This document shows positions 41,927 through 51,799 of a stretch of DNA of 64,000 nt, piece after piece. The stretch is taken from IMG/VR virus record IMGVR_UViG_3300045988_167732, positions 32,001 through 96,000 of that record; one strand, given 5' to 3'. The notes below the pieces were generated by a model. The model was not told the origin of the DNA and searched no databases. It saw nothing but the letters and a program-made list of their open reading frames with translations. The position numbers and the translations under genes are program-made. Numbering within the stretch: position 1 is the first letter of the stretch; each line of letters starts with the position of its first letter. The DNA is from a virus.

Positions 41927-42867
41927 TGAGAGTTTTATCTTTGTTTGATGGTATTTGTTGCGGTCATCTTGCACTTGAAAGAGCTGGAATTAAGATTGAT
42001 TCTTATGATGCTTATGAAATTGAAAAGAACGCCATTAAAGCTACAGAAACAAATTTCCCTGATGTAGTTCATCATGGAGATGTAACTAAAGAAGATTTTA
42101 CAAAATATAAAGGGAAACTTGATTTAATTATCGGAGGTTCGCCCTGCCAAGGCTTTTCTTCTTCGGGTAAACAACTTAATTTCAATGACCCTCGAAGCAA
42201 ACTCTTCTTTGAATATGTGAGAGCAATTAAGGAATGTCAACCTAAATACTTTCTCCTTGAAAATGTTGTAATGAAAAAGGAATGGCAAGATATTATTTCT
42301 TCTTATCTTGGAGTAGAACCTATTGAGATTAATTCTTCTCTTGTTTCAGCACAAAATAGACGTAGACTTTATTGGACTAATATCCCTAATGTAACACTTC
42401 CCGAAGATAAAAACATTACTCTGGAAGATATTCTTGAAGATATTGAATTTCCTAATCCTGCGGCGATTAGAGGACGTAGATTAAACAAAGCTACTATTGT
42501 TGGTCGCAGATTAGATGAAAATGGCCATAGAAAAGATACTGATAAAACAATTCCTATTACACAATGTCTTGAAGTCCGCGCTACAAATACAGACAAATCA
42601 AATTGTCTCACTACTGTAGACAAGGATAATGTTCTTACACCACTTCCTATTGGTAGACATCCAGATGCTTTTAAAAATAATTTGCCTTTTAGATATTACA
42701 CTACAAAAGAAATGTGTCGTTTACAGACTGTTCCTGATGATTTTCTTAACATGATTCCAGATAGTGCAGCAAGAAAAGCTTTAGGTAACGGATGGACTGT
42801 AGATGTAATTGCTCATATTTTTAGTTTTCTTCCAGATGAATATAAAGAGGACAAAATAAATGATTAA
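41926..42867 (+). CDS. DNA (cytosine-5)-methyltransferase
   Basis: Motif I LSLFDGI, motif IV GGSPCQGFS, ENV, QTVPDDF, GNGWTVDV. Confidence 0.9.
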   Translation: MRVLSLFDGICCGHLALERAGIKIDSYDAYEIEKNAIKATETNFPDVVHHGDVTKEDFTKYKGKLDLIIGGSPCQGFSSSGKQLNFNDPRSKLFFEYVRAIKECQPKYFLLENVVMKKEWQDIISSYLGVEPIEINSSLVSAQNRRRLYWTNIPNVTLPEDKNITLEDILEDIEFPNPAAIRGRRLNKATIVGRRLDENGHRKDTDKTIPITQCLEVRATNTDKSNCLTTVDKDNVLTPLPIGRHPDAFKNNLPFRYYTTKEMCRLQTVPDDFLNMIPDSAARKALGNGWTVDVIAHIFSFLPDEYKEDKIND

Positions 42868-43045
42868 GATTGGTGAAAAAGAATTTGTTAATGGAGATAT
42901 CTATTACAATCCTTTTTTTGGGGATTTGTGGATAATTCAAAATAACACCGAGATACGCAAAATCAATGACACTTATACTACTGATGTTAACGATGTTGTT
43001 GGTTTTATATATGTCGGACATGTTGATTTGGAGGTAATACAATGA
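42860..43045 (+). CDS. hypothetical small protein
   Basis: 61-aa ORF overlapping its neighbours. Confidence 0.55.
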   Translation: MIKIGEKEFVNGDIYYNPFFGDLWIIQNNTEIRKINDTYTTDVNDVVGFIYVGHVDLEVIQ

Positions 43046-43407
43046 GTTATGATATTAGTTATAGAGTTCAATGTAAAGATGACCCTAAACTTTGGGCTGA
43101 TGTTGGAAACTGTGAAGCAAATATTACTTACAATTTGCGTGAAATGATTTAGAAATCTACAGGCTTAGAATGGAAAAATGAAGAAGATAATGGTCTTGTA
43201 AAAGATGTTATTCCTTTTATCATTCATGGTTTAGAAGAGCTTGAAAGATTTCCAAATAAATATAAACAATATGAATCTCCTAATGGATGGGGAACAATTA
43301 GTGGATGCAAGAGTTTTTTTACTCGATGTATTTTAGATTGGACTAATTTTACAGAAGATAGTTGGACTTCTCCTTATAAAGACATTGTTCATTTTTGGAT
43401 TGTATGA
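43042..43407 (+). CDS. hypothetical protein (1 in-frame TAG)
   Basis: ATG 43042 follows GGAGGT. Open to TGA 43405 with one TAG. Confidence 0.7.
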
Positions 43408-43604
43408 AATCAAATCAACATTTAATAAATCTAAATTTGGCAAATTGTTTGTTTTATTTATATTATTTTATTTTAATTGGAATAGCAGGATTAGATAATT
43501 CAACTGGAGAAATATTAACTCCTTTTTGTTTATTTATAAGTGGTTGTTTATTTATGATTGCTGTTCATTTTTTCAAACTTTATTTAAAGGACAAAGAAAA
43601 ATGA
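43404..43604 (+). CDS. small membrane protein
   Basis: Two hydrophobic helices. Confidence 0.6.
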   Translation: MKSNQHLINLNLANCLFYLYYFILIGIAGLDNSTGEILTPFCLFISGCLFMIAVHFFKLYLKDKEK

Positions 43605-43828
43605 CGATTGAAAGACTAAGAGATATTCTCAATGATGTAGCAAACGGTGCAAATTGGGAACTATACAAAAACTCATTAGTAGTAATTAGCGTAGAAGATT
43701 CTAGAAACACTGTGGGAAGTAGACCTTACACAAAAGTTCGCTCAGTAGGCATGGGCTTTGATTGGGAAGCAGGTCAATTTAGAATTGAACCTGAAAATAA
43801 ATTAATGGAGGTTAGTAAAAGAAAATGA
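43601..43828 (+). CDS. hypothetical protein
   Basis: ATG 43601 (ATGA overlap). Confidence 0.65.
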   Translation: MTIERLRDILNDVANGANWELYKNSLVVISVEDSRNTVGSRPYTKVRSVGMGFDWEAGQFRIEPENKLMEVSKRK

Positions 43829-44097
43829 ACACTACTCAAGTTGCTTTGTGCATCATCCTTGCTATCGGAGTTTTAACAATTTTCTTTTTAGCAGGAACTA
43901 TTATTGGTGGTATCCATGCTTATTCAAAAGCTTTTGCAGAAGCCGAAGAAACCCATAAAAATTTAGATGAGGCTAAAGAAAGTCTTATTAAATCTTTAGA
44001 AGGGAAAGCAGAAGCACAAAAAGAACTTATTGAATCCTATGAAGAGCTGGTAAAAACTCTTCAAGAAAAAAATAATAAACCCTTGACAGAAAATTAA
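43825..44097 (+). CDS. membrane-anchored coiled-coil protein
   Basis: N-terminal TM helix. Confidence 0.7.
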   Translation: MNTTQVALCIILAIGVLTIFFLAGTIIGGIHAYSKAFAEAEETHKNLDEAKESLIKSLEGKAEAQKELIESYEELVKTLQEKNNKPLTEN

Positions 44098-44111
44098 TCT
44101 TATGGTATATT
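44083..44111 (+). promoter_or_regulatory. sigma70-type promoter of a large ncRNA
   Basis: TTGACA-N17-TATATT with a TG extension. Confidence 0.7.
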
Positions 44112-44117
44112 AAGATT

Positions 44118-44746
44118 GTCCCAAGGGAAAGGGCGAAAAAAGTGCGGAAGAGATTCCCATTGGTTTGCACTACTCGGGCCTGATAGACAAATCACGTTCT
44201 TACCTGTAAGACATACAATTGAATATTCAATAATAGCTGAGATGCAATGACTTCGAAAGAAGCACCCTTCATAGGAATAGGAACTATGAAGATACTAAGA
44301 GCGTCAAGCTCTCCACCTGAAAGTTAATGGTGGAAATTCTTGCAAGAATCACGAAATCCTACCTTCCGAATTCTTGCTCGGTAGTGTAGGTTGATTGCCA
44401 ACTGAAGGATGTTGGACGAAGAGCGTCGCATTTCTTTAAATGCTAGGACCAGTGGCTCATAGTGAGGTGAACGTCGTCTATTCCTCACCTTTAATAAGAA
44501 TCCGATGGGGGTCGGAGCGCTTGTTATCGTATTTGAATAACCTACGGGTAGGTTGTTCGCAGTTTTACAGAAGACTTGTAAGCACTTGTCCGTCAAAATG
44601 GATAGCCGCAAACGGGAAAGTTTCAATGAGTGTAGGAAGTAATGTAACGGGGAATAACTTCTAAGTCTTTACAATTTATTGAATTAGCTAATTTAATAAA
44701 AGGTCTCATAATTAATTTAATATTGATTATGAGACTATTATTTTTA
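44118..44746 (+). ncRNA. large (~0.6 kb) structured ncRNA candidate, class unknown
   Basis: Own promoter, no credible ORF in any frame, visibly higher GC than the flanks, many local helices. Ends at the terminator hairpin GGTCTCATAAT..ATTATGAGACT plus a T-tract. Confidence 0.6.
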
Positions 44747-44761
44747 TAATAGAGGTGTAAC

Positions 44762-45247
44762 ATGGATAATTTCTGGAAGACATCATTGGAAAACAAGAAG
44801 AAAGAACTTTCTGAAATTAATAAAGATTTAAACAAACTTACAAAAAAATCTTATGATGAATATATTATGAAAGAACTCGCTCCAAAGCTGATTGGAAAAT
44901 GTTACATTCATCGGGGACATTATATTATGATTGTTCAACCTCCCAAATTGTTAGAAGGAAGATGTGAGGTTAACTATTCTTCTTCATGGGGTTGTATTGA
45001 GATTAACAATTTTGAAAATGAAACACCTTATGGTTGCTATACAGATTCAGAAATTGATTTAGCTCCTTATTATAATGAGGACATTGATTTGTTTTTCCTT
45101 TTAAATTATCCGAAAAATTTTACCCGTTTTCAGCCTATTTCTTGTGACGAGTTTTACGCCAAAATGGATGAAGCGATTTGCGAGTCTAAAAAGAGGATTG
45201 AAAATATGCTGAAAAAGGTAAATCCACGCAAATTTTACAGGTTTTAA
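44762..45247 (+). CDS. hypothetical protein
   Basis: AGAGGTG SD. Confidence 0.7.
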   Translation: MDNFWKTSLENKKKELSEINKDLNKLTKKSYDEYIMKELAPKLIGKCYIHRGHYIMIVQPPKLLEGRCEVNYSSSWGCIEINNFENETPYGCYTDSEIDLAPYYNEDIDLFFLLNYPKNFTRFQPISCDEFYAKMDEAICESKKRIENMLKKVNPRKFYRF

Positions 45248-45290
45248 TGTCAAAAATAGGTCAAAACGAGTAAAAAGAGGTAAATAAAAT

Positions 45291-46310
45291 ATGTTTTTTA
45301 AGAAGCCCGAAAAAAAGGTTGTTCTCGAATATGAATCTTACCCTGCATCTGGTGTAGATTTTGAAGAATCTTCCAGCGAATCTTACACGAATAATCTTCC
45401 TAATCACACAGTTCTCAGCAGAAATACTTGGGAATATGAAAAAATGGAAGATGTACCTTTTCCTATCGGAGAAGATTGGGAATGGATTGATTGTTACAAA
45501 GCTCTTTATAAGGTCTATTACCTTACTAATAAAGAAGTAAAATATATAGGTCCTAGTCGAAACTTTGCATACGAACTGAACAAAATCTATTCTTTACCAG
45601 AAGGAGAAGAAGAATTTAGCAAAGTGGATTACTGTGGCAATGGTTTTCATGCTTGTTTAACTGTAAAAGATGCTTTAACTTGGTATAATTACATTTCTTA
45701 TGATGCATTCATTGCTGATTATAATTATAGTTATAGTGTTGCTATTAAACTAACTGTTGTTGCTAAAGCAAAACTTTTGGTTAACAAAAAAGATTTGGCA
45801 AATTGCTATGGTAATACTAAACTTGACAACGGTAAAGTTGTAGGGAAAGCTATTATCTTAACTGGTTTTGTTAATCCAAAAGAAGTTTATGATAACCGAA
45901 AAGAAGACGTATATTGGAGAATTGACGTTCTTAATGATTACGGTTGTGATTATTTAAAAGCCATCTGCAAAAAAGAAGGCATTAATCTCAATGTTTTAAA
46001 TAAGTTAATCAAAAAGCTTGAAATTACTTTTCCCTACTATGAGAAAATACTTGACTTTATTGATGATAAAAATATCTCTACAACGGCTTATATCAACGCT
46101 ATGTTAGATGCATACCGTATTAATAGTAAAGAAATTTATCAATGCTTAAACATGAGTTATGGTCAAGTATTGACGGAAGAAATCGTAAACAACCTTGACT
46201 ATCAATTTGCAATGCGTTTAGCTGACAATGATGATGCTTATAACAGAAGCTTATCTGTAGCTGAAAAAATGCAGATTCTTTATTCTCATCAGATGATTTC
46301 TAAAAAGTAA
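45291..46310 (+). CDS. hypothetical protein
   Basis: 339-aa ORF, AAGAGGT SD. Confidence 0.75.
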   Translation: MFFKKPEKKVVLEYESYPASGVDFEESSSESYTNNLPNHTVLSRNTWEYEKMEDVPFPIGEDWEWIDCYKALYKVYYLTNKEVKYIGPSRNFAYELNKIYSLPEGEEEFSKVDYCGNGFHACLTVKDALTWYNYISYDAFIADYNYSYSVAIKLTVVAKAKLLVNKKDLANCYGNTKLDNGKVVGKAIILTGFVNPKEVYDNRKEDVYWRIDVLNDYGCDYLKAICKKEGINLNVLNKLIKKLEITFPYYEKILDFIDDKNISTTAYINAMLDAYRINSKEIYQCLNMSYGQVLTEEIVNNLDYQFAMRLADNDDAYNRSLSVAEKMQILYSHQMISKK

Positions 46311-46322
46311 ATTAATAAGTGG

Positions 46323-46351
46323 TTGACAAACTCGAAAGAGTATGTTAATAT
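46323..46351 (+). promoter_or_regulatory. sigma70-type promoter
   Basis: TTGACA-N17-TAATAT. Confidence 0.65.
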
Positions 46352-46357
46352 AATAAT

Positions 46358-46485
46358 AAGAACTGTGGTACAATTTACCTCCTTATAATAGACTGGATTT
46401 GCTAATAAGGCCACCTCCTTTTTCGTATTTTGTTCATGTTTGTTTCCTCCAAAAACAAATTTTGTACCACAGTTCTTTTTTATTC
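46358..46485 (+). ncRNA. sRNA or leader candidate with three CCUCC motifs, closed by a 16-bp stem and U-tract
   Basis: AAGAACTGTGGTACAA (46358-46373) pairs with TTGTACCACAGTTCTT (46462-46477), followed by TTTTTATT. ACCTCC, CACCTCC and TTCCTCC lie in the enclosed region. Confidence 0.5.
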
Positions 46486-46505
46486 CTTTGCAAAGGAGTT
46501 TACTA

Positions 46506-46730
46506 ATGAGATTGAATGATGTATCTCTAATAGGTTTTGCTCTTTATCTCTTATGCGGGTTTGCCGTAACATATAATGTTTATAATTGTCCTGCTAATAA
46601 AAATGATAAAGAAGTAACCTTGTTGCATTATTTAACTTTGATTTTTTGCTGGCCTATTGCTCTTGTTATGGCAGCAATTTATTGGTTTAAGATTCAAAGT
46701 GAAATAAGAAAACAAAAGAAAATTAAATAA
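46506..46730 (+). CDS. small membrane protein
   Basis: ATG 46506 follows AAAGGAG; two TM helices. Confidence 0.65.
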   Translation: MRLNDVSLIGFALYLLCGFAVTYNVYNCPANKNDKEVTLLHYLTLIFCWPIALVMAAIYWFKIQSEIRKQKKIK

Positions 46731-46801
46731 AACTCTTGACAACAGACTCTTTTTGGTTTATACTATTGATAGTAAATTAGACTGAAAGGAGTCTTTTCTA
46801 T

Positions 46802-47623
46802 ATGTGCAAATGGTGTGAGAATTATAGATTCACTATTAACGCTACAAGTAAAAAGAATCTTATTGACCATGGGGATTTTTATGTTCCTGCTAATTATTGT
46901 CCTGTATGTGGTACTTTACTAAATGAAAATCTCAAAAAGGATAATGATTTAAACAAACGCTATATTATTCGTGTTAAGCCTAATGTAACAGGATTGGGGG
47001 TCCCTGTAAATGGACAAAACTATTATTATACTGCGGAAGGTATGACCCGTGAAGAGGTCATTTTTGAAACAAAAAATGAAGCTTGTCCTTTTAAGACTTA
47101 CTTCGAAGCAAAATGCACGGCTGATTGGTTTTTCAATGAAGAAGATTATGAAATTGAAGAAATTGTAAGCCCTAATACGCCAAAAGAATCCTCAACAAAA
47201 AAAAGCAAAGAGCGAGTTTGTTTTGCTAAAATTAAAGTTCCTATTGGAAGCAAAGAAGACCAAGAAAGAAAAGTTTTTTATAAGGGGGCTACTCCTTTTG
47301 GTGATAAACCTATCCTTACAGATGAAGATGGAGCAAAATATTTTAGCTCTACTAAAGCTCTTAAAGAAGAATTGGACTGGTTTTATAAACCAGAAGATTA
47401 TATTGTTATTTTCAAAGATATTGTCAAAATGGCATTGCCTGACCATAAAGATGAAAAGAAAGAAAAACTTCCTCATTTTACGAAGGAAGATTTTTACTAT
47501 AAGTCTGATTCTGGTAGTGTAATTAGTACAATTTATGATAGAAATACGAACAAAAAATACGAATTTTCTTCTAAGACAATTGATAAATTTAATCAAATCA
47601 TAGATAAACTTAACAGTTTATAA
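46802..47623 (+). CDS. hypothetical protein with N-terminal zinc ribbon
   Basis: CKWC..CPVC; AAAGGAG SD. Confidence 0.75.
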   Translation: MCKWCENYRFTINATSKKNLIDHGDFYVPANYCPVCGTLLNENLKKDNDLNKRYIIRVKPNVTGLGVPVNGQNYYYTAEGMTREEVIFETKNEACPFKTYFEAKCTADWFFNEEDYEIEEIVSPNTPKESSTKKSKERVCFAKIKVPIGSKEDQERKVFYKGATPFGDKPILTDEDGAKYFSSTKALKEELDWFYKPEDYIVIFKDIVKMALPDHKDEKKEKLPHFTKEDFYYKSDSGSVISTIYDRNTNKKYEFSSKTIDKFNQIIDKLNSL

Positions 47624-47649
47624 TTAAAACAAAGTAAAGGAATGATAAT

Positions 47650-48144
47650 ATGATTAGTCCGACATATGGACGAGTAAATATGAAACAAATAGCCAAAATT
47701 ATTTTTGACTATATTAGAGAACGTACAGATGTAGCAGAACATAATCATATTGTCATTGGTACTGATAGTCAAAATCACAAAGATGAAACAAAAGCCGTCA
47801 TTGTCATTGCTGTCTATACCGATGGCAAAGGTGGTAAGTTCTTCTATGAGATTCAAAAACTACCCATTATCTTAAATTTGAAAGTTAAAATTCACAAAGA
47901 AACTGAATTAAGCATTGCTTATGCTGACCAGTTAATTGATGAATTAACAACTTTGTCTATTCAAGAAAATTTTGACTATGAAAAGTATACTAGCATTGGG
48001 ATTCATGTAGATGCTGGATATGCTGGACCAAGTGGTCAAGTAATTCCAGAAATTGTTGGATGGTTGAAAGGTGCTGGTTACGAACCAACTGTTAAACCAG
48101 ATAGTTTTGTAGCAAGTACGATTGCAGACAGGATTAGTAAATGA
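47650..48144 (+). CDS. DUF458/YkuK-like RNase H-fold protein
   Basis: The IVIGTDSQN...KAVIVIAVYTDGKGGKFFY pattern is typical of the YkuK family. Confidence 0.65.
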   Translation: MISPTYGRVNMKQIAKIIFDYIRERTDVAEHNHIVIGTDSQNHKDETKAVIVIAVYTDGKGGKFFYEIQKLPIILNLKVKIHKETELSIAYADQLIDELTTLSIQENFDYEKYTSIGIHVDAGYAGPSGQVIPEIVGWLKGAGYEPTVKPDSFVASTIADRISK

Positions 48145-48443
48145 AAAGTTCAAAAGATTTTTATTCTAATTGTTTACTTGAAGCTATTAAAGCTAAAATA
48201 AAAAATCCTAAAATTAAAATAATGTATCTTCCTGCTTTCTTGAATGAAGTTCCTTGCCCACATTGGATGTGGCTTGATGAGGAAGGAGAACATGATTTTC
48301 ATTACAAGGGATGCTTACCTTGGTATAAATGGGTTTGGCATAAAGGTCATATAAGAACAGTTCATCGAGGTTGTTATAAAGGCTGTATTGACCAGATGAT
48401 TGAAAAGAAATACTACAAAGGAGAAAAACAAAATGGCAACTAA
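48141..48443 (+). CDS. hypothetical protein
   Basis: ATGA overlap. Confidence 0.65.
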   Translation: MKSSKDFYSNCLLEAIKAKIKNPKIKIMYLPAFLNEVPCPHWMWLDEEGEHDFHYKGCLPWYKWVWHKGHIRTVHRGCYKGCIDQMIEKKYYKGEKQNGN

Positions 48444-48663
48444 ATGTTTTTGTGATAGATGCGGAATGCCTATTTCAAATCTTTTCAATATGAAGGTTTT
48501 GAAAATTAAAAGACATTTTGAACGTGGCGGCGAAATTTGGGATGATTATCAATCTTATGATTTATGTAGTAATTGTTTAAAGAATGTGGAAGAATTTCTT
48601 CAAAAAAAACAATTCTTAAAAATACTTTCAAATAATGGGAAAAGAAGCCATGAAAAATTTTAA
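48433..48663 (+). CDS. zinc-ribbon protein
   Basis: ATG 48433 follows AAAGGAG. CDRCG..CSNC. Confidence 0.65.
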   Translation: MATKCFCDRCGMPISNLFNMKVLKIKRHFERGGEIWDDYQSYDLCSNCLKNVEEFLQKKQFLKILSNNGKRSHEKF

Positions 48664-48952
48664 AAATAAACTTCTTGGTTTTTGGTATTATATTAAATTC
48701 TATTATATTCATCCTAATAAACCTTATATGGATAAATTAAAACGAGCAAGTGAAGTAATGAAAGCAAGTCCTTATTCATATAAGCAGTGGGCTGAAATTT
48801 TAAATAGGTCAGAAAAAGATGTAAGAAAGATTTTTCATAAGAGATTTTTCTTAACATGGAGAGATTACCAAATTATTGCAAATAAAACTAATACTACAGT
48901 AGCATATTTAATGCAAGGGACTACTGATAGTATATATATTAAAAGGAGTTAA
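48635..48952 (+). CDS. hypothetical protein
   Basis: 105-aa ORF. Start is uncertain (alternative ATG at 48650). Confidence 0.6.
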   Translation: MGKEAMKNFKNKLLGFWYYIKFYYIHPNKPYMDKLKRASEVMKASPYSYKQWAEILNRSEKDVRKIFHKRFFLTWRDYQIIANKTNTTVAYLMQGTTDSIYIKRS

Positions 48953-48958
48953 TTTAAA

Positions 48959-49339
48959 GTGAATTTGAAGAAAAGCTATACTTATTATATTGTATATATG
49001 GGCTTGAAACCTGAAGCAACTATTACAACTTATGGTAATGAAGAACGCACTCTTGATAAAGAGATTGACAGCATGGATGATATTGTTGCAATTCAAACAA
49101 AGCTCAATGAAGAATACGGCTTTGCTGATTGCGTAATTATGTTTTATAAACTCCTTAGAACTTCTTATAATACCGTTCAGAATAATCCTAGTGGTATGGC
49201 TGATATGATGAGCGCTATGGCAGGAATGATGGGTAGTGGACTTCCTCAGACTACTACAGAAGTTTCTGCTGATGAAGTAAAGGATGAAAAAAATGTCGAA
49301 GAAGCAAAGGAAGAAGATACGACAAGCAAAATTCAGTGA
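48959..49339 (+). CDS. hypothetical protein
   Basis: GTG start follows AAGGAG. Confidence 0.6.
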   Translation: MNLKKSYTYYIVYMGLKPEATITTYGNEERTLDKEIDSMDDIVAIQTKLNEEYGFADCVIMFYKLLRTSYNTVQNNPSGMADMMSAMAGMMGSGLPQTTTEVSADEVKDEKNVEEAKEEDTTSKIQ

Positions 49340-49682
49340 TTATCAATATAATGATAATGACCCTCGTTTTAAAGTTCTATTCCGTAATGGAGACTGGCTT
49401 GTAATTAAATTTATCAATGATGGAGCTTTTTATTCTTACTGCTTAAATTGTAGAGAATATCTTCATGCTACCTCCACTTTGTCTAATCCAGAATTTATTA
49501 CAAGATACTCTCTTGAAAGAGAATTTACTTATTGCCCTTATTGCGGAAGTAAAAATCTTAAAGATAAAAAATCAGCAAAAAAGAAAAATTATTCTTATCT
49601 AATTGAAGAAAAAGCTATCCAATACAAAGACTTACCAGAAGAATTAAAATTATATCCTTATAAAATTGGTAAGAAAACTTAA
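49293..49682 (+). CDS. zinc-ribbon protein
   Basis: CLNC..CPYCG. Start is uncertain (49284 or 49293). Confidence 0.6.
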   Translation: MSKKQRKKIRQAKFSDYQYNDNDPRFKVLFRNGDWLVIKFINDGAFYSYCLNCREYLHATSTLSNPEFITRYSLEREFTYCPYCGSKNLKDKKSAKKKNYSYLIEEKAIQYKDLPEELKLYPYKIGKKT

Positions 49683-49689
49683 TAACCAC

Positions 49690-49718
49690 TTGACAACTCT
49701 CTTTGCTTGTAGTATTAT
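49690..49718 (+). promoter_or_regulatory. sigma70-type promoter with the spacer complementary to the downstream RBS
   Basis: TTGACA-N17-TATTAT. CAACTCTC (49694-49701) is complementary to GAGAGTTG (49743-49750). Confidence 0.65.
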
Positions 49719-49757
49719 ATAAATACAAATCGAAAAAGTAAGGAGAGTTGTTAAATT

Positions 49758-50294
49758 ATGTTTACTAAACAGGAATATCTTGAAGAATATAAGAACTATA
49801 ATAAAAACGCTAACATTACTAAGCTTCTTGGTTATATTGAGGAACGTCTTGACCACAATGCCAATTTAGGATGTAGTGTTGCTCATTTTGAAAATTTTCA
49901 GCTCAGGCCGACTTTGTGGAAAATTTTAACCAATGATAAGCGATTTAAAGAAATTTGTAAATGTAGAGGATACGACATTACTTTTCAGAAGAATGAAGAT
50001 GGTTCTTGGGTTGATATTACCAGCGCCAAAGCAAAAGAAGATGCAGAAGATTGGAATCAGTTTTTTAAAGATAATGATGTAAGTTTTTTCTTTAATATTA
50101 TTATGGGGCGTCTTTTCGCTCTTGGCCTTGAAAAGAATATTAAGCATCCTTATTATACTATTCATAAAGATTGCTGTAGTTCTATTGTTTGGGAATTGGC
50201 AAACAATAAAACTTTTCTTGAAAAGATTGTTGAAAATGGATGGGACTTTGATTGTGGTCCTGACTCTATCCCTTATATTCAAATTAAGGGATAA
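49758..50294 (+). CDS. hypothetical protein
   Basis: AAGGAGAG SD. Confidence 0.75.
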   Translation: MFTKQEYLEEYKNYNKNANITKLLGYIEERLDHNANLGCSVAHFENFQLRPTLWKILTNDKRFKEICKCRGYDITFQKNEDGSWVDITSAKAKEDAEDWNQFFKDNDVSFFFNIIMGRLFALGLEKNIKHPYYTIHKDCCSSIVWELANNKTFLEKIVENGWDFDCGPDSIPYIQIKG

Positions 50295-50320
50295 TTAAAT
50301 AATATGTGTAGGAGAGAAAA

Positions 50321-50536
50321 ATGTATATTCCAAAAGATGACAGATAGGTATCTTTACTTTCTTTTACTGGCTGTGATGAAAAGAAATGTCCATGGAAGGA
50401 TTGTGTAAGGCATCCCGAAAGTGGATTTACCTATAATTCTATAGGGCATTTATCTTATCTTTGTAAAAAATTTAAAGAAGTCCCGAAAGAAGTTGAAGAA
50501 ACGAAGGAGAAAGAAACAAAGACAAATGATTCTTAA
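50321..50536 (+). CDS. hypothetical small protein (1 in-frame TAG)
   Basis: ATG 50321 follows AGGAGAG. Open to TAA 50534 with one TAG. Confidence 0.6.
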
Positions 50537-50882
50537 AATTATTATTAACCTTTGGCGATTTGTTTTTATTCTGGATGTTTTAGTTTTCTTTTATCTTGTC
50601 AGAGAAGTTACAAAATATGTAAACGATTTCTTTGACGCGAGAAATGTTAAGATTAAAGTATCCAGTACTGGTTCTGCAATTCCAATCATTCAAATTCTTA
50701 TTCTAAGTGCTCTTCCAATCATTAATATTATTTTAGGTTGGACATGGATATTTAATTACCAAAAATTTATGAAATTAACTTGCATTAAGCTAAATAAATA
50801 TCTTTATAAGATGGGCATCATTTCTGATGAATTAAAAGATGAATTTTATCATAAAGTCATTAAAGATTTTGAAGGGGTTTAA
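50526..50882 (+). CDS. membrane protein
   Basis: ATG 50526; TM helices. Confidence 0.65.
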   Translation: MILKIIINLWRFVFILDVLVFFYLVREVTKYVNDFFDARNVKIKVSSTGSAIPIIQILILSALPIINIILGWTWIFNYQKFMKLTCIKLNKYLYKMGIISDELKDEFYHKVIKDFEGV

Positions 50883-50887
50883 TTGAT

Positions 50888-51376
50888 ATGAAAATTGAAA
50901 AAGAAGTAATTCCTGCTCAAGAAAAAACATATTGGGTTGCAGATGATGGTCGTAGATTTTCTACCGAAGAAGAATGTTTCGCTTATGAAAAAAGAGCAAG
51001 TATTCGTGATGTGATGAATAAGCGTGCCTTTTGTGTTCCCAATCTTTATGAAGATAAAACAGAGTTTTGGTTCATTTTAGGTGAAGAAGCTACTCCTACT
51101 TATCTTATTAGTTATATTGAATATTTTTTAAGAGTTTATATTAGCTCTTGGCAAAAAAAGACTTTGACTTTAGCTTGTTCAGAACAGAAAAAAGACCAGA
51201 AGTATTATCTTATTGGATTAAGAATTGACAATAGTGGAGATAATGCTACTTTTGAAGTTCTTAATATTGATTCCGCAGAAGAAGAAACAAAAGAAGCTAT
51301 CACTGATTATAAAAAAATCTTGAAAGAATACTCGGCTCTTAGAAAAAGACTGTCTATTTTTCCCGAAACAAATTAA
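50888..51376 (+). CDS. hypothetical protein
   Basis: 162-aa ORF. Confidence 0.7.
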   Translation: MKIEKEVIPAQEKTYWVADDGRRFSTEEECFAYEKRASIRDVMNKRAFCVPNLYEDKTEFWFILGEEATPTYLISYIEYFLRVYISSWQKKTLTLACSEQKKDQKYYLIGLRIDNSGDNATFEVLNIDSAEEETKEAITDYKKILKEYSALRKRLSIFPETN

Positions 51377-51451
51377 TAAATACTTGACAACTCTTTTTAG
51401 GTCTGGTATACTTTGAATATAAAGTAAATCATTCCTGAAAGGGGTTGTTTA

Positions 51452-51790
51452 ATGTATAATCGTAATTTTCATAATAAAATTGGTTCGGACAAAATCAAGC
51501 TCACTTTCCATTCTCGTGACCGTGGTTTGGAAAGATTGGGTATTAAGAATGAAAGAGAGCTTCGTCAATTAGCTTGCAATGCTCGTAACAAAGGTATCAA
51601 TCTTGATGCTGTAACTATTTACAACTACGAAAAGATTGGACTAACCAATGAAGAAATGTACGCTTTTAAGCGTCGTTTCCGTACCAAGTCCAACAGCGAG
51701 CGTATTTATTACCACAAAGGTTTTGTTTTTGTATTTGCTGGTAAAAATGCTTGTACACTTAAAACTGTAATCGAACTAAAAAATATTTGA
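51452..51790 (+). CDS. hypothetical protein
   Basis: Promoter TTGACA at about 51386, SD AAAGGGG. Confidence 0.7.
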   Translation: MYNRNFHNKIGSDKIKLTFHSRDRGLERLGIKNERELRQLACNARNKGINLDAVTIYNYEKIGLTNEEMYAFKRRFRTKSNSERIYYHKGFVFVFAGKNACTLKTVIELKNI

Positions 51791-51799
51791 GGTGAAATT

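Noticed and set aside
44140-44660. Group II intron (GTGCG near 44143)
   Set aside because: No domain V-like hairpin, no intron-encoded protein and no flanking split gene. The region is kept as an unclassified ncRNA candidate.
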